NCBI RefSeq assembly: GCF_006345805.1
Contig: NW_021836821.1
Coordinates: 1-37,102, forward strand
Origin: Octopus sinensis
Taxonomy: Eukaryota
Reading direction: 5' to 3'
Length of the DNA: 37,102 nucleotides
Within the stretch, counting starts at the first letter, position 1. The number at the start of each line of letters is the position of its first letter. Positions 21,273-34,669 of the stretch are shown piece after piece. Position numbers and translations under genes: made by a program. Below the pieces are notes generated by a model, which did no database searches, was not told the DNA's origin, and saw nothing but the letters and a program-made list of their open reading frames with translations.

Positions 21273-22667
21273 TTTCAAATAAAATATTTAGATTTAGAAA
21301 ATATCAGTTTTTATCAAAAGTAAAAAAATTGATTACAAGTTATTACTTCTATTTGTTATTTACTTGTTACTTCTATAAAAAAAAAACTCAAAATATTTTT
21401 TGCACTTAAAAAAAATTCATTTTTTCAATTGTTAATTAATAATTAGAAATTTGAAAATAGGTTATAAACGAGAATAGTAGTACATAATTAGCACAATAAA
21501 TAGAATACAAAAATTAGTTATGTATTACAGTAAAATCTACCGATAACAAATTCACAATAAAATTTGCTTGTGTTATTGCCTAAGTCTTAACATTTTTAGG
21601 CTTGAGCCAATGCCTATTTTTTACTTAATGAATTTGCCTACCATATATACTATTCTACTTTGCATAAAACTTTAGCTATATTGGTACTGCTGGCTCTCAG
21701 TTTTAAAGTATTCTAGTGTGTCAACATTTTAACAAAATGATTGTACCTTTTTTAATTATAATGTTACTTTATAAATTAAAATCAAATAATTTTTAATATT
21801 CAAATTTTTTCCTTAGCTGCAATATTCTAAGTAATAAGTTGTCCTGGCTCGCATTTTTCCATGTAATCCATGCTTTTTCCAGGCTATGCTATTATGCTAA
21901 TTAATAATGTATCAAATGTGTCAATTAGCGGTGTCATTGATAACTTTTTCTTCACCTCAATGACGCTGGTGAAATATATTAAAAGTCCCCTTATAGAACT
22001 ATATTATCATCCAAAAATTTGAGAAACAAACATTCATAACTTTTTTCTTTTAAAACTTCATTGCATAAGATTAATACCATGAAATTCCTCGAATTTAAGC
22101 TTAATTAAAATATAGTCTGTTTTAAAAATAAAAAGTTAATTATACTTGAATCTAATTTTTTGCTTTACTTATATATTTGTCATGATATTTAACCTCACAA
22201 CATTTTTATTACAAATTTTTTTTTGCATGAGAACAAAACTATGAAATTCTTCCTGTCTCCTTCTATCATTTGAAGCTAAGATAAATATATTTTGCTTTTA
22301 AAATAAAAATGTTAGTTAGATCTAAACTTGATTGGTGGTATTACTTACTCTTCTGTAACGTTGCTACAAATTTTGATGTAAACTTTTTTTCTACTGGATC
22401 AAATCTCAATTTTTTTAATGCTAAAATGTAGCTAGGGATCAGACTTCTTCAAAAATGTTAACAGTTTCCAATTTGGTTAAGTACTGAAGTTGTGACAAGC
22501 TCTGATAGGTGCAGCCTTAAGAATATATATATGGAAAAGAAACCGAATAAAGGTTGAAAATGCGTTGAGTTTTTAATACTTGTATCATTTGTTTATGTTT
22601 CTTTTTTTAATATTAAAATACCTTTTTTTTATGTGTTTATATATTACGGAGGTGAAACATGCTACCT

Positions 22668-23051
22668 TCTTTTATTATTTTACTTGTTTCAGTCATTTGA
22701 CTGTGGCCATGCTGGAGCACCGCCTTAAAGAATTTTAGTCGAAGAAATCGACCCCAAGACTTATTCTTTGTAAGCTTACTACTTATTCTATCGGTTTCTT
22801 TTGCCGAACCACTAAGTTACGGGGACATAAACACACCAGGATCGGTTGTCAAGCGATGGTGGGGTGGAAGACACACAAATATAGACATATATATATATGT
22901 GTGTGTGTTGTGTGTGTGTGTATGTGTATACGACGGACGTCTTTCAGTTTCTGTCTACTAAATCCACTTACAATGCTTTGGTCAATCCGGAACTATAGTA
23001 GAAGACACTTGCCCAAGGTGCCACGCAGTGGGACTGAACCCGGAACCATGT
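22668..23051 (-). mobile_element. SINE family B, extreme 5' head cut off
   Basis: Collinear with 19051-19430 up to ggactgaacccggaaccatgtg, then replaced by a duplicated segment. Confidence 0.88.
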
Positions 23052-23681
23052 GTTGTTGTTTATGATGATGTTTGCTGTTTATTTATACGTATTTGTTTGC
23101 TTGATGTTGGTCTGACCATCCGTCTGTCTGTCCAGGTTTGCTCGCCTGTCGCTACGTCCCATTAGTAGTGCTCCAAATATACAGCCATACCTACATTGAG
23201 GTTTTAATATGAAAAAAGTTTTAGCGAATGAATTTTAGCGCATGATGTAGCAAAAGGAGAGTTTGTGGTAAAAGAAATAAATGATATTTAACTGTAGAAG
23301 GAAAATCATATGTTTTTCGATATGTATGGGCAAGCTTCCATTTTATGCAACTGAATCCAGAACCATGTGGTTGGGATGCAAGCTTTTATCCATTACATTG
23401 GCCATAAAGGTCTTACAAAGAAAGGAAGCTACGGGCTGGAGATGACATAATGATATGAAATGACAAACGAAATGATAATAAATGAAAGCAACAAGCAACG
23501 CCCGCCGATTGCTGTCTACCCGAGAGCATTGTTCATTTTAGCTTACATATTCGAGGCAACAAACATCTTACATACGAAGAAATCGATCCCAAGACTTATT
23601 CTTTGTAAGCCTACTACTTATTCTATCTTCTTACCACACAGCCACATATATTTACATACATATACATACAAACATGCATAA

Positions 23682-23777
<96 letters not shown>

Positions 23778-24185
23778 CTCGTCTAGGCTTAAAGGCCCCC
23801 ACTGTTTGTTTTCCTGTCCTGTTGTTAAAAAAGGTCCGTTCCATGCTTGTTTTTACGTTTTCGTTCCTCCTTGAGTTCTACGTCTATTTGTGGTGTCCTG
23901 TACTCACGTATATATATATTTATATATGCATGTATATATACATGTAGATGTAGGTACGTACATATATGTATGTATGTATGCATATATTTTATTTATTACA
24001 CTATATATATATATATGTATGTGTATGTGTGTGTGTGTGTGTATGTATGTGTGTATATATACATACATGCGTATATACATGTATACATGTATACATGTAT
24101 ACAATATATGGTATATATATATATGCTCACACACACATCTATCCATGTATACAATACACACACTCACATATATACATATATAATA

Positions 24186-24272
<87 letters not shown>

Positions 24273-24436
24273 TATATACATGCATACACATATATATACA
24301 TCTATGTCTATATACATCTCTCTCCCCAATCTTTTTCTGCCTATCTTCCTCTTCCATTCTTCCATTTTCGCCCTCTTTCTCAACTAGTTTGGCATCAAAT
24401 GTTGTTTGTTCGACTGCTTATTGTGGCTGTTAATAC

Positions 24437-24480
<44 letters not shown>

Positions 24481-24593
24481 ATGATGTTTGCTGTTTATTT
24501 ATACGTATTTGTTTGCCTGATGTTGGTCTGACCATCCGTCTGTCTGTCCGGGTTTGCTCGCCTGTCGCTACGCCCCATCAGTAGTGCTCCAAA
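23051..24593 (+). repeat. 127-bp direct repeat pair (23051-23177 and 24467-24593)
   Basis: tgttgttgtttatgatgatgtttgctg...gtagtgctccaaa; 4 mismatches, all transitions. Confidence 0.92.
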
Positions 24594-25404
24594 CAATCAT
24601 GGCTCCTAGCACCGACACTGCCCCAACCACAGTTTACTGCACCCCCCCCCCTTTGTATGCTTCCTTAACTGTCTGTCTGCCTGTCTGCCGGAATACGGTA
24701 GCTTTTCTTCCTCCCGAAGGCGAAATAAATAGATAAATAAGTCCTCTGCACCCAAACCGCGTCATATCATCATCATCAACCGTCATCACCGATATCACTT
24801 GCAGCAGCAGCAGCAGCCACAAGGAGGTGAAGAAGGGAGAGGAGGAAGAAGAAGAAAAAGAAGACGAAGATGATGATGATGATGATGATGTGGAGGAGGA
24901 GGAGGAGGAGGAGGAGGAGGCCGAGGAGAAGGAAGAGGAAGGATAAAAATAAAAAAGAGAGTAAGAAGAAACAGAAAAAGAAAAGGAGGAAAATAAAAAA
25001 GTGAAGAATTATAGAAAAAGAAAAAGAGAAACAAAGAAAAAGAGGAAGAAAAAGGAGAAGAAAGCAGAAAGAAAAATGAAGAAAAAAGAGTTAAAAGATG
25101 AAAAGACGAAGAAAAAGGAGGAGGAGGAGAAGAAGAAGAAAGAACGGAACAAAGAAAGAAAGAAAAGAAGAAGAAAAGAGAAGAAAAAGATACATCACTT
25201 TGTTGACAGGTCTTGTAGTGTTGGAAGATGCTGTCGTCAGATGGCTCTGTTTGCGTCGCAATTTGTCCTGAAAGGCCGACCAACAACGCATGTGACGAAT
25301 GAGCGTTCCTGTCCCTCAAGACCTTTAGCCTTTTAAATGATATCTGCCGTGCTTGCCACGCGATTGTTTTTCCGGAGTGAAAGCGAATGTGCGTTTGAGT
25401 TGTG

Positions 25405-25405
25405 T

Positions 25406-25475
<70 letters not shown>

Positions 25476-26560
25476 GTGTGTGCGTCTGTGTGTGTGAGAG
25501 AGTGTGTATTTCTCTGTGTGTGTATGTGTATGCATGCATGCATGTATGTATGTATGTATGTATGTGCATGTATGTATGTGTATGTATATGTCTGTCTGTA
25601 TGTTTGTATGTATGTATGCATGTATGCATGTATGCATGTATATATACCGGCCAACAATGTGTGTGCGTGTATGTATGTGTATGTATATGTCTGTCTGTCT
25701 GTCTGTCTGTCTGTATGCATGTATGTATGCATGTATGCATGTATATATACATGTGTGTATATATGTATGAATGTATGTATGAATGTGTATGTACATATGC
25801 ATGTATGTGTGTATGTATGCACATATGTATGTATATATGTATGTGTGCGTCTGTGTGTTTGTAATTTTGTGTATGTACAAGTGCGTGTGTATACGTGACA
25901 TCTATATACATGTGTGTACATGTGTGTGCGTGTGCGCGTGCTTGTGTGTGTCCGTGCACTTGTGTGATTGTATGTGTGTGTGTATAGACGACATCTATGT
26001 ACACGCGCGCGCGCCCGGGTGTGTGTGTGTATCTGAATCAGTGTTTAGGTATGTGTATATGAAAGCATGTGTGTGAGTGAATGTGTGTGTGAATATATAT
26101 GCTCGCGCGTATGAGTACGTTTACTTGTGACTGTATGTGTACGTTTGTGTACGTGTATGTATATGTGTATACATGTCCACGTGTGTATATGTATGTGCGT
26201 GTGTGTATAACCGAACCAGTGTTCAGATGTGTATGACTATCTGTATGTATGTGTGTGTGCGTGTCCATATGTATGTTTCTATGTGTGTCTATCTATATAT
26301 ATTTGTGTGTGTATGTATGAATGTGTGTGTGTGTGAGTGTATTTGTTTGATCTGTATTAGGTTCATAGTATTTCTGCGAGCGGTTTGCGAGTATATATGC
26401 GTGAGTGCGTGTATATGTGTATGTGAGTGAGTGCGTCTGTGTGTGTGTGTGTGTGTGTGTGTGTCTGTCTGTATGCATGTGAGGGAGCTTTAGGTGTGTC
26501 TCTGTGTAAGTGTTTGGGTGCATGTGAGTCCTCGGACGTGAGTGTGCATATGCATTTGTG
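25405..26560. repeat. Compound (TG)n/(TATG)n/(TCTG)n microsatellite field
   Basis: Direct inspection; source of the Cys/Val/Tyr/His-Thr ORFs. Confidence 0.92.
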
Positions 26561-26759
26561 CATGCGTATACAACTAAATCTGCACCAGTGAATGGTATTC
26601 CATGCGTGCCTGTGTGTCTGTTGAGATCTTATTTAATATTTTGTTGTTTATATTTACTTGTTCTTTTCTTTTGTTTCTTTTTTTCAATGTATTTTCCCCT
26701 TTACTCCTAACACTGTTTCATATCGACCCACACAGCTCTGTCATGAACATCACAACATT

Positions 26760-26897
26760 ACACCAACATCATCATCATCATCATCATCATCATCACCACC
26801 ACCACCACCACCACCACCACACCACCACCACCATCAATCATCATCATCATCCATCATCACACCACCACCCACCACCCACCACCACCACCAACCACCA

Positions 26898-26953
<56 letters not shown>

Positions 26954-27430
26954 CCATCATCAATAACACTACTATAACCATCGCAACTACCCGCATCATT
27001 GCAATCACAACCATATCAACACCAATATCACTGCCATCACTACCACCAATTCCAGCACAATCATCACCCCACTACCTCTATTACTTACATAACCATCACA
27101 TCCTCTACCACCACCACCACCACCACCACCACAACCACCACCACCATCACCACGATTGCCACCACCACTTCCATCACCAAGCCTTCAGCGCATGCAATAG
27201 CTCACCAACACCAACACCACCACCACCACCAACAACACCACCACCAGCAACACCACCACCACCACTACCACCATCCCCCCAACCATCGCACCTCATCACA
27301 ACCGTCTTTCCGACTACCATCAGCAGCACCACCACCAATAGCATTGCCATCGCCACCATCAAAACCGTCAGCAAGACTTTTACATCACCGCCAAACCACC
27401 ACCACCACCATCATCACCACCGCCGCCGCC
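26760..27430. repeat. (CAT)n/(CAC)n trinucleotide low-complexity tract
   Basis: Direct inspection; explains the poly-His/Thr/Pro ORFs. Confidence 0.9.
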
Positions 27431-27887
27431 AGTAACACCACCTCAATAAATTCATCGTTTCTTTTACCACCACCGCTGGCGTCAGCACCAACACCATCAT
27501 CACCGCCGCCTCCACCACCAAGTAATGTGACTTTATCAGACGAGACGAAACCATTTGACTCATTAATATCTCAAACTGCTGAACTCTTACCGAACAGTTT
27601 GTTTCATGTGTTGGTCAGCGTTGGTCAGCGTTGGTCAGCGTTGGTCAACGGTCGGTCTCGGTCCCTAGACGTGATGACAAAAAAGAGCGGAGCAAAAACG
27701 ACATTATTGGAGTCTGATTTATTCCTACTGGACACACGGCTAAGATTTCATATGCAGGAGTGTATATGTGTGTGTATGTGTGTCGGTGTGTGTGTGAGCG
27801 TGCGTGTGTTTGTGTGAGTGTGTGTATGTATGTTGGTGTGTGCGTGTGTGTTGGTGTGTTCATGTAAGTATGTATGTATGTTGGTGT

Positions 27888-27931
<44 letters not shown>

Positions 27932-28408
27932 TGCATAGCCAATTGATAGCAATTCCAAGATGTCTACTTTTTTCGCTCATTTGATGATTTTTGTAATTAG
28001 AACGCGGCCACGCTGGAGCACTACATTCAAACGATTTTAGTCAAGCATATGGTATTTACGAAATATTTTTTAAAAAGATGTTTATTTTATTTTGCAGGTT
28101 TCTAAAACGATGGCGAATTGGCGGAATCTGTTGCATGTCAGTCTTGGAATCTGAAATAATAATTGTCCCGACTCCATGAGTTCAATCCCTTCCGCGGTCA
28201 AATCTTTCTTTCTTTTCCGACAGGGAACATTTTCTGTATGTGACACAGATTGCGTAAGCTTGGGTGTAGTTTAATTTAAAATCGGGATCATATTATAATA
28301 TTATACTGCAATTTTTGGAATCATTATCGAACCATCCAACTAAAATCCTTCAAGGTGGTTCCCAAGTATGGCTGCAGTCTGATGACTGGAGTTTGTACAC
28401 ACACGCAC

Positions 28409-28446
<38 letters not shown>

Positions 28447-28447
<1 letters not shown>

Positions 28448-28742
28448 AAGGCGCAATGGCCCAGTGGTTAGAGCAGCGGGCTCGCGGTCGGAAGATCGCG
28501 GTTTCGATTCTCAGACCGGGCTTTGTATGTGTTTATGGAGTGAAAACACCTAAAAGCTCCACGAGGCTCCGGCAGGGGGTGGTGGCGAACCCTGTTGTAC
28601 TCTTTCGTCCCAACTCTCTCTCACTCTTTCTTCCTGTTTCTTGAGTAACGCTGCGATGGACTGGCGTCCCGTCCAGCTGGGGGGAACATACACGCCATAG
28701 AAACCGGGCCCATGAGCCTGGCTAGGCTTGGAAAGGGCGTAT
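28447..28742 (+). mobile_element. tRNA-derived SINE family C, tail type 2, intact A and B boxes
   Basis: gcgcaatggcccagtggttag..gtttcgattc; same body as 18767 up to ctcactcttt, then a different tail (gcgatggactggcgtcccgtccag...). Confidence 0.85.
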
Positions 28743-28743
28743 A

Positions 28744-28775
<32 letters not shown>

Positions 28776-28825
28776 ATATGCACGCCTGCATACACACGCA
28801 TTGATTCTGAATTTCTCCATTCAAT

Positions 28826-28858
28826 GGTGGTGCCTCAGCACGGCCACAACCTTAGGGC
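28826..28858 (+). mobile_element. Isolated 3' tail of the CR1-type LINE family
   Basis: ggtggtgcctcagcacggccacaaccttagggc resembles the LINE tail ggtggtgccccagcatggccgcggccttcgggc. Confidence 0.5.
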
Positions 28859-29151
28859 AGCAGCAGAACAAAATGCCACAGATTAATGAAGACCTGTTTA
28901 ATTAGTGGGTAGCCTTAGAAGTAGAAATATATGGTGTTGGCCTGTGTGCAGCACTTATTATTTGGTGCCAAACAGAAAACAGTTGCTAAATGTGTAGATT
29001 AAGACCACATGGTTGCACAGTGAAAACTTAACTGCATAGCAGCCAACATCACCATCACCACCACAACTGTACACACACACACACACACACACGTACGCAC
29101 GCAAACATCATTTGATGCCTTCGGTGTTTAATATTTGTCATCTAACGTTAA

Positions 29152-29362
29152 GGCGGTGAGCTGGCAGAATCGTTAGCACGGCGGGCAAAATGCTTAGCGA
29201 CATATCGTCTGTCTTTACGTTGAGTTCAAATTCTGCCGAGATCGACTTTGCTTTTCATCATTTCGGACTCGATAGAATAAGTACAAATTCAGCACTGGGG
29301 TCGATGTAATCGACTTATCCCGCCCGAACGAAGTTGCTGGCCTTGTGCCAAAATTTGAACCC
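29152..29362 (+). mobile_element. SINE family A, well-preserved
   Basis: ggcggtgagctggcagaatcgttagcacggcgggcaaaatgcttagc..gagttcaaattctgccgagatcgactttgc..ggggtcgatgtaatcgact..gccaaaatttgaa. Confidence 0.9.
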
Positions 29363-29426
29363 AACCAAGCGAAACGTGAACAACATGAAACTCCGAGTAC
29401 CGATATATATATATATATAATATTAT

Positions 29427-29463
<37 letters not shown>

Positions 29464-30142
29464 CATATGCGTATTCATTATATGCTTATATATACAAATA
29501 CATTCAAACATACAGATATAAATGTGCGCGAGCCTGTGTGTGCATGCATGTATGCATGTATGTAAATATGTAGGTATATGTAAACATGTATATATATTTG
29601 TATACCTACATATAGATATGTGTGTGTGTGTGTTTTATACATATTTAGGCACGTACGTCTTTGTATGTGTATGTATGTACGAACATACACTGAGAAAATA
29701 TCGAAAGAAAGAATAATAAAGAAATAAAGATAGAAAAATGAAAAAATATGAGAGAATACAGGAGAACTCGATGCGGGATAAAATGAGATCTCCTCCCATC
29801 AAAAAAAAAAAAAAAAACCCCTAAAAGTCAAACACGAAACAGCACCACCCTCCCTCAAACAATCCTTCCCCAAATGAAACAAAAAAAAAAAAGAACAACA
29901 GAAGAAAAAATCCATACCAATGGCTATTTTTACTGTTTACACATCAAAAGTGTCCTTCATCTGTTCATCTTGACGTTGTGTTCTGGAAAGTTTTCAACCC
30001 AGTTGGCTGTCTGTCGCCATTGTTTGATCACGTGTCACTAGTATGCATAATTTGTTTCTTATCTGTCGTCTGCCCTTTTTGTTGTTGTTGCTCTCTTGCA
30101 TGTTTGCTGGATTGAACGAACGTCTGGTTTGTGTGTGTGTGT

Positions 30143-30178
<36 letters not shown>

Positions 30179-30616
30179 TACGTGCGTGTGTGTGTGATTC
30201 TTTTATGTTAATATTTATGAAGTGTTTAACTGCATATAATGTGTGAACAGTGTCTGTGTGTAGATGTGCTTGTGTGGCTGTGTGTGTGTGTGTGTGTGTG
30301 TGTGTGAGTTTATGTGTGAATGTGTGTGTGTGTGTGTGTGAGTTTATGTGTGAATGTGTGTGTATGTATGCTTATGTGTTCGCATGTTACTTCTACGTTA
30401 GCATTTATGGAGTGTTTAACTCCATATAAAGGCATAGACGGGCCTGTGTGTATGCGTGTGTTTCTGTGACAATGTGTGTGTCTGTAGGTGAGGCTATGTG
30501 TACATGTGTGATTATTCTATTATTGTGCGGTGTTGTATCTGTGAATGCCTCTGAGTGTTTATATGTGTACGCGTATGTGGTGTGATTACTCTGGTGAATG
30601 CGAGTGCCTTTGAGCA

Positions 30617-30758
30617 TGTATTCCTATGTTTCCGACGAAGAGCACCGCTCGAAACGTTAAACCCTCCTTATTTCCTTCTTTCCTGAGCGTCCAATAATAC
30701 TATATTTGTTCCACGTCCTCGCGTTGTTGTGTTTTTTTTTGTGCTTTCTTGTTTGGAT

Positions 30759-30762
<4 letters not shown>
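30617..30762 (+). mobile_element. Solo PLE terminal repeat ending in (TA)n
   Basis: Hammerhead motif followed by ttcctgagcg..aatac, the same downstream signature as the repeats at 7439 and 20467. Confidence 0.75.
30628..30662 (+). ncRNA. Minimal PLE-type hammerhead motif
   Basis: GTTT-CCGACGA-A-GAGC-ACC-GCTC-GAAAC-GTT-AAAC; helix I GTTT/AAAC, helix II GAGC/GCTC, self-complementary AACGTT. Confidence 0.7.
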
Positions 30763-30801
<39 letters not shown>

Positions 30802-31169
30802 CCACATATTTATATAAGTCTGTGTATGAGTATGTATGTATGTATGTATGTATGTATGTGGGTCAGTATGTATATGTGTATGTGTGAATATATTTATGTA
30901 TGTATGCATGTATGTATATATGTGAGTCTGTGTATTGTGCCTGTGTTTGTATGAAAACATGTGTACATCCATATACGCAAATCTACTGATATTTAATACG
31001 TACACCTATACACCGGAAAACGGTTATTATAATCACTTTGAGAAATTTTTCGATTACAATAACCGGCTGACATTATTGGGAAAATTAAGACTATATGAAT
31101 ACATATATATGCACATATAAACGTAACGTACATACACATAAACATGTATATATGTAAATATATATAAAA

Positions 31170-31208
<39 letters not shown>

Positions 31209-31460
31209 CACGCGCTCACATATATATATATACACGTAAAAGTGTATGCATATATGTTCGCTTTATTGTAAATTTGTAAGTGTAATGATACCTGTACATA
31301 TATGTATGTATGCATGTATGTGTATATAAAAAACTCCTTAAACTAGACACCAGTATTTAAACGTTATCTATGCCTGCTAAGATTACACACGAAGAAAAAC
31401 CAACCAATACCAATGTGTATATATATGTGTGTGTGCGTGTGTGTGTGCGTGTGTGTGTGC

Positions 31461-31493
<33 letters not shown>

Positions 31494-32135
31494 TGTGTAT
31501 GTGTGTGTGTGTGTATACACACTCGCACGTATATGTAAATACATCCCGATACGTATTTCTGCATAAACATATGCAAGTATATGTATGTATGTATGTATGC
31601 ATGTATGTATGTATGTATGTATGTATATATATATATATATATGCACATATATAAGCACATGCACAAAATGGCTCAAAACATACCTTTTAGGAAATCTCTC
31701 ACAGCTCATGAGAATTAAAGCAGTAAAAATAAAATAAACAATAAAACATAAACACCCCATACGTCATGTATGCGTACAATTCAAACATATATACATTTAT
31801 AATTATATTTATACATACATATATGCACACACATACACACATGCATACATACACATGTATATACATACATAAATATATACATATGTACATACATACGTAA
31901 GTGCGTACAAGCAAGCAACTGAGGAAGCAAATAATACAAAAAAAAATGGCAGCTCTGTTAGTTGTGTAAATATTGTCCTCTAGCCCTGTCCTGTCTGTTT
32001 TATGAGACGTAATAGCAATGATGGAGGTAGCTTGGCATTTCACAATTTGGAGATGTCATTATCTTCGCTTTCGACAGTGATTTGTTAAAAGAAAACATGA
32101 CGGTGAAAGTCATGCTTTTTTTTTCAATAATTACA

Positions 32136-32300
32136 TGCAGCACGGGTGTTTGATTAGGAAGCTTGTTTTGTAACCACATAGTTTAAGGTTCAGTCCCATT
32201 GCGCAGTAAGGTGAGCAGATGTCTCCTACTATAATTTCTTGGTCGGCCAATGCCACGTGAGTGAATTTGGTGGAAGGAAACTGTGTGGAAGTCCGACGTA
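32136..32300 (+). mobile_element. SINE family B-related head
   Basis: aaggttcagtcccattgcg..gtctcctactata..gccaatgccacgtgagtgaatttggtggaaggaaactgtgtggaagtccgacgta. Confidence 0.7.
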
Positions 32301-32302
32301 TG

Positions 32303-32333
<31 letters not shown>

Positions 32334-32397
32334 TGGAAGCGTCCCGTTCTGTTAAAAATAAATAATATATAAATATATATATGTATATATATATATC

Positions 32398-32477
<80 letters not shown>

Positions 32478-32560
32478 TATATATAATATGTATATATATA
32501 TACTATATATATATAAAATACTATTATATATATTAACTATATATATATATATATTATATA

Positions 32561-32600
<40 letters not shown>

Positions 32601-32614
32601 TATCTTATATATAT

Positions 32615-33533
32615 AAATCCTTAAAATCCTTAAAAATGTTTTAGCCCGAAGGCCGCGGCCATGCTGGGGCACCACCGCTGAATGAGCCACACTAGTTTGT
32701 GAATCCACCTCTGATACGTGGCACTTGATCAACAGGGAGTTCGATGCTGCTGCCCGCATCCGTGTCTCCTGTCGTGAGGTAGGTTCATCTGGGACTTCCA
32801 ACAAGAAGAGAGATCCAGTTTAGTTTTAAAGAAACCACATCCACCCATGTAAGTCTATCAGGCATTTAGGGAGGATGTTGAAAAGCTGTGGTCCTCTGAA
32901 ACCCAAGCTGTTGCAGTATCTGGACCCTGTATTTTGATGGTGATGTTGGAATCCTTGGCACCACGCAGCGGCGCCCCGTTCTGCGGTTGGAGTAACTTTG
33001 AATGCCAAAGTTTGGGATAAGACCCTCCAGGATTTTCCAGATGTATATTACTGCAATCTCTCCCGCCTCCGCTCCAGGAGAAGAGGTTTAATACCTTCAG
33101 TCTTTCCAGTAGCTGAACATTTGCATTGAGACGATTTCTTTGTGTAGCTTCTCTGAGTTGCTTCGAGTTCTGCTGTTTGTTTTATATTGTGTGGTGACCA
33201 AAGTTGGGAGCAGTAGTCCAAGCGGCTGAGGACAAATGTGTTCCATAGGACCATCAGTGTCTCCTTCTCTCTTGTTCTGAAAGTTCGGAGAATCCATCCA
33301 GCTAGCCGTCTGCATTTTATCACCAGATTAGCAATATGCATTTGGAAAGATGCATCATTGCTCATGTCAATGCCCAGTCACGCACTGATTTGACTCAGGG
33401 ATTGCATTCTTCCTGGGCCAGTGTATCCAGTCTTCACGTCATTTACCTTTGTTGCCAGTAGCGCAGGGCCTGGAACTTACCTGCATTAAACGCATGTTGT
33501 TGTCCTCAGCCCACCTGGATATGGTGTCCAGCT
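32615..33533 (-). mobile_element. 5'-truncated CR1-type LINE (RT C-terminus and 3' UTR) inside (TA)n
   Basis: LDTISRWAEDNNM/FNAGKFQ; MSNDASFQMHI..AGWILRTFRTR..SRLDYCSQLWSP..ELEATQRSYTKK; LERRRER; FRGPQLFNILP; EVPDEP; tail with TTAAGGATTT repeats. Confidence 0.92.
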
Positions 33534-33534
33534 A

Positions 33535-33575
<41 letters not shown>

Positions 33576-34669
33576 TTATTATATATATACACGTGAATTA
33601 TATGGTAATTAAAAACACAATAATAATCGCATATATATATGTAGGAAGAAGAAGAAATAGCTATAACCCTTTGACTATTTCTAAATTCGGTATGTGGTAA
33701 GGCAACTCGTTGCTAAACCCTTATTGCTAGTATTACTTAAATTTTCCTCGAATGAGGCTTTTACATGCCGAAGACTACTTGGTGTAATTGATAATTTTTC
33801 CAAATTAATAATTTCACCCTTCATTATTACGGATAACTATATATATATATTTATATATATATACACGTACACACTCATACACACACACACACATATATAC
33901 ATATATCTATATACATACGCATGCATACATATACATGGGCATATATATAAATGTATACATAAATGCGCAGATACTAAAATATATGCACATAAGTACTACA
34001 TAAAGCATAGGTATCTAACATATAATCGGCACGATAAATATATACTGCTTGTTTACATGCTAGATAGAGATCTTGTGCGTTGCGTCATCACAAATGTAGT
34101 TTATAGAAAGAATTTCGGGATATTATCAATATATGGGAATTTTGTTCAACTGTATTATTTGATTATTGAGTATTGTTAATAATAGTTTAAAATTAATATT
34201 TACGTAATAGGCCGAAAATATGTTTGTAAGATAAAAGTTCTAAATATTCAGTGAAGGATAAATATAAAAAAGACAGTTGTCTTAGTTATAGATAGGAATT
34301 TGTTACGTTATATGATCTCAATTAGTGTTAATAGAAATAGTTACGAAAAATATTCAATATGTAGTGTTCAAGTTAATCTCAATAAATAAATTATTAATAA
34401 TTATTAATTATTGTTTAGGATATTGTTAGAATTTTAGTTGTTAATTTAAGGTAATAAAGTTGAATATATTATGTATCATGAGTGGGTTGATCAATAATAG
34501 TTATCTGAATTAGTGTTTATAGATATAGTTACGAAACATTTTCAATAACAGTAGTCTGTTATATCAATAGGTAATATCTCTCCTAAATGATAGAGGATAT
34601 TATATGAATATTATATTATATAGTTTATTATTACCCTATATTATGAGTATTAAGTTTAATTATACTTAG

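Noticed and set aside
25190-25390. C2H2 zinc-finger-like THIRFHSGK and a possible exon (cctttcag|GACAAATT..., peptide GQIATQTEP) on the minus strand
   Set aside because: No CxxC half, weak donor sites, and splicing to the 27591 candidate gives a stop after 15 codons.
34040-34100. Degenerate minus-strand hammerhead for the PLE at 34670-36110
   Set aside because: The core reads GTGATGA/TAAAC and the helices do not pair convincingly.
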